This document shows positions 51,815 through 53,664 of a stretch of 53,664 nucleotides of DNA, piece after piece. The notes under the pieces are model-generated. The model was not told the DNA's origin, made no database searches, and was given only the letters and a program-made list of their open reading frames with translations. A program made the position numbers and the translations under genes. The stretch lies in assembly GCA_030655055.1 (NCBI GenBank), contig JAURWH010000011.1, positions 1 to 53,664 of the forward strand, read 5' to 3'. Every line of letters starts with the position of its first letter. Position 1 is the stretch's first letter. Origin of the DNA: a bacterium. Lineage in GTDB: Bacteria > Edwardsbacteria > AC1 > EtOH8.

Positions 51815-52729
51815 ATGAATTATAAAACAAAAATAAGAAAAATAGGGGATAAGCTTAAGATCGGCCTGACCGGGTCGGCGGTGCTGCTGATCCTGGCCAT
51901 TCTGGCAGTGATACTGGGCACAGTCATAATTGGAGGTTTTAAAAGCCTGAGCTGGGAGTTTTTGACCCAGCCGCCCCGAGAGGGCATGACCAAGGGCGGG
52001 ATATTCCCGGCCATCTTCGGGATGGTTTTCTCATTGATCCTGATGCTGATCGCGGTGGTGCCGGTGGGCGTGGCCACGGCCGTGTACCTGCACGAGTACG
52101 CCCGGTCTGATTTCTTTTTAACCAAACTGATCCGGGGGGCGGTCAACAACCTGGCCGGGGTGCCTTCCATAGTCTTCGGCCTGTTCGGGCTGGGCTTCTT
52201 CATCCAGTTCATCGGCGGAGGCCTGGACCGGTCTTTGGGGCAGAGCGGCCTGTTTGGCCAGCCCTGTATTCTGTGGGCCTCGCTGACCCTGGCCCTGATG
52301 AACCTTCCGATCATCATCGTGGCCACCGAGGAGGCCCTGAGGGCGGTGCCCCAGGCGGAAAGGGCCGGGGCCCTGGCTCTGGGAGCCACCAAATGGCAGA
52401 CCATCCGGCATGTGGTGCTGCCCCAGGCCATCCCCGGCATACTGACCGGAGTGGTGCTGGTGGTCAGCCGGGGAGCCGGGGAGGTGGCGCCCATCATGTT
52501 CACCGGCGCGGCCTATTACCTGCCCTACCTGCCCAAACTGCCAACCGACCAGTTCATGACCCTGGGTTATCACATCTTCGTGATGACCACCCAGTCTCCG
52601 GATATAGACGCCACCGTACCCATAGCCATGGGCGCCACCCTGGTACTGCTGGCATTGACCTTTTCGCTCAATATCATCGCCATCATCATCAGATCCCGCA
52701 CCAGAAGACAGCTTAGCAAAGGAAGATAG
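51815..52729 (+). CDS. pstA: Phosphate ABC transporter permease PstA
   Basis: 304 aa with an [25 protein letters not shown]-loop. Confidence 0.9.
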   Translation: MNYKTKIRKIGDKLKIGLTGSAVLLILAILAVILGTVIIGGFKSLSWEFLTQPPREGMTKGGIFPAIFGMVFSLILMLIAVVPVGVATAVYLHEYARSDFFLTKLIRGAVNNLAGVPSIVFGLFGLGFFIQFIGGGLDRSLGQSGLFGQPCILWASLTLALMNLPIIIVATEEALRAVPQAERAGALALGATKWQTIRHVVLPQAIPGILTGVVLVVSRGAGEVAPIMFTGAAYYLPYLPKLPTDQFMTLGYHIFVMTTQSPDIDATVPIAMGATLVLLALTFSLNIIAIIIRSRTRRQLSKGR

Positions 52730-52730
52730 A

Positions 52731-53498
52731 ATGGAAACAAGGGAAAACCGCTTGGAAATAATTGATTTCAGCCTCTTCTACCACCGCACCAAGGCCCTGG
52801 AGGAGATCTCCATGGACATTCCCGAAAAAAAGGTGACCGCCATCATCGGGCCGTCGGGCTGCGGAAAATCCACCCTGCTGCGGTCCATCAACCGGATGAA
52901 CGAGCTGATAGAGGGAGTGACAACCGAGGGGGAGATATTGCTGGACGGGGAGGACATCTATCACAAAAACATAGACGTGGTGGAACTGCGGCGCAAGGTG
53001 GGGATGGTCTTTCAGAGGCCCAACCCCTTTCCCAAGTCCATTTACGAGAACGTGGCTTTTGGGCTGAGGATGGGCGAGAAAGCATATTCCAAGGGCAGAT
53101 TGGAGGAAGTGGTGGAGCGATCGCTTAAAGAGGCGGCCATCTGGGACGAGGTCAAGGACCGGCTGCAGCGCTCGGCCATGGAGCTTTCGGGGGGACAGCA
53201 ACAAAGGGTCTGCATTGCCCGGGCCTTGGCGGTGGAGCCGGAAGTTATCCTGATGGACGAGCCGGCCTCGGCGTTGGATCCAATAGCCACCGCCAAGATA
53301 GAGGAACTGATCTTCAAGCTCAAGGAAAAGTACACCATCGTCATCGTGACCCATAACATGCAGCAGGCGGCCCGGGTCTCGGACCAGACGGCCTTCTTAA
53401 TGCTGGGCAAACTTATAGAGTACGGAGACACGGCCACAATATTCACCAATCCCAAAAATAAGACCACCGAGGAATACATCACCGGAAGATTCGGGTGA
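52731..53498 (+). CDS. pstB: Phosphate ABC transporter ATP-binding protein
   Basis: Walker [10 protein letters not shown], signature LSGGQQQR, Walker B ILMDEP, and the PstB-type C-terminus [10 protein letters not shown]. Confidence 0.95.
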   Translation: METRENRLEIIDFSLFYHRTKALEEISMDIPEKKVTAIIGPSGCGKSTLLRSINRMNELIEGVTTEGEILLDGEDIYHKNIDVVELRRKVGMVFQRPNPFPKSIYENVAFGLRMGEKAYSKGRLEEVVERSLKEAAIWDEVKDRLQRSAMELSGGQQQRVCIARALAVEPEVILMDEPASALDPIATAKIEELIFKLKEKYTIVIVTHNMQQAARVSDQTAFLMLGKLIEYGDTATIFTNPKNKTTEEYITGRFG

Positions 53499-53520
53499 CA
53501 TTATAAAACAAGGAGAGATT

Positions 53521-53664
53521 ATGAGAACATTAATGGTTCATTACACTCCGGATGAAGGCGGCGCTTCGATCGCCTCCCAAATTCAGCAAAAACTGTCATG
53601 CCGGTCTGAAGAAATTATGACCGCAGGAAAATTCACCCGTTTAAAAGAGCTGTGGTATAAGGCC
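53521..53664 (+). CDS. 5' part of an unidentified ORF running off the window
   Basis: An AGGAGA RBS precedes the ATG at 53521, which opens MRTLMVHYTPDEGGASIASQIQQKL... This does not resemble a PhoU N-terminus. It is faintly flavodoxin-like. Confidence 0.3.
   Translation, partial: MRTLMVHYTPDEGGASIASQIQQKLSCRSEEIMTAGKFTRLKELWYKA

Noticed and set aside
53521-53664. phoU after pstB
   Set aside because: The visible 48 residues (MRTLMVHYTPDEGGASIASQIQQKL...) do not resemble a PhoU N-terminus. I left it unassigned.

Overview
This 53.7-kb window looks like chromosomal DNA from a GC-rich, diderm, probably anaerobic bacterium. The LptD, SecDF, an aldehyde:ferredoxin oxidoreductase and three secreted proteins ending in FlgD-Ig/T9SS-type C-terminal domains suggest an uncultivated FCB-superphylum-like lineage; that placement is inference only. 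Most of the window is ordinary housekeeping. It includes ileS(partial)-dksA-like-lspA-lptD, two M23 peptidases, CapA, polyferredoxin+AOR, dtd, rpsO-pnp and secDF. There is also a threonine/acetate module (tdh, satP, acpS, acsA, a carrier protein, two tandem kbl paralogs split by an AT-rich GNAT gene) and one tRNA-Val. A large Pho cluster holds phoB/phoR-like genes, a PHP phosphoesterase, an O/P-type porin and pstSCAB. The part I cannot assign to a described system is 33.3-42.7 kb, a co-oriented locus. It encodes three small secreted beta-rich subunit-like proteins (two are a tandem duplicate) and a 973-aa beta-helix surface protein. It also encodes two paralogous two-domain Ig-like secreted proteins and an 806-aa predicted outer-membrane beta-barrel. 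The barrel carries two beta-sandwich domains and a C-terminal TPR-like tail that it shares with one of the Ig-like proteins. The first Ig-like gene is split from its own signal peptide by a frameshift inside a C10 homopolymer. This is either a phase-variation switch or an assembly error. Intergenic regions carry a dispersed family of short periodic hairpin repeats (CACARAGA / CACGAAA / AAGAAAAAG flavours, one 3 x ~86-bp tandem array) and AT-rich palindromic modules in 5' leaders. All functional calls come from reading motifs in the translated ORFs by eye. No database search was run.
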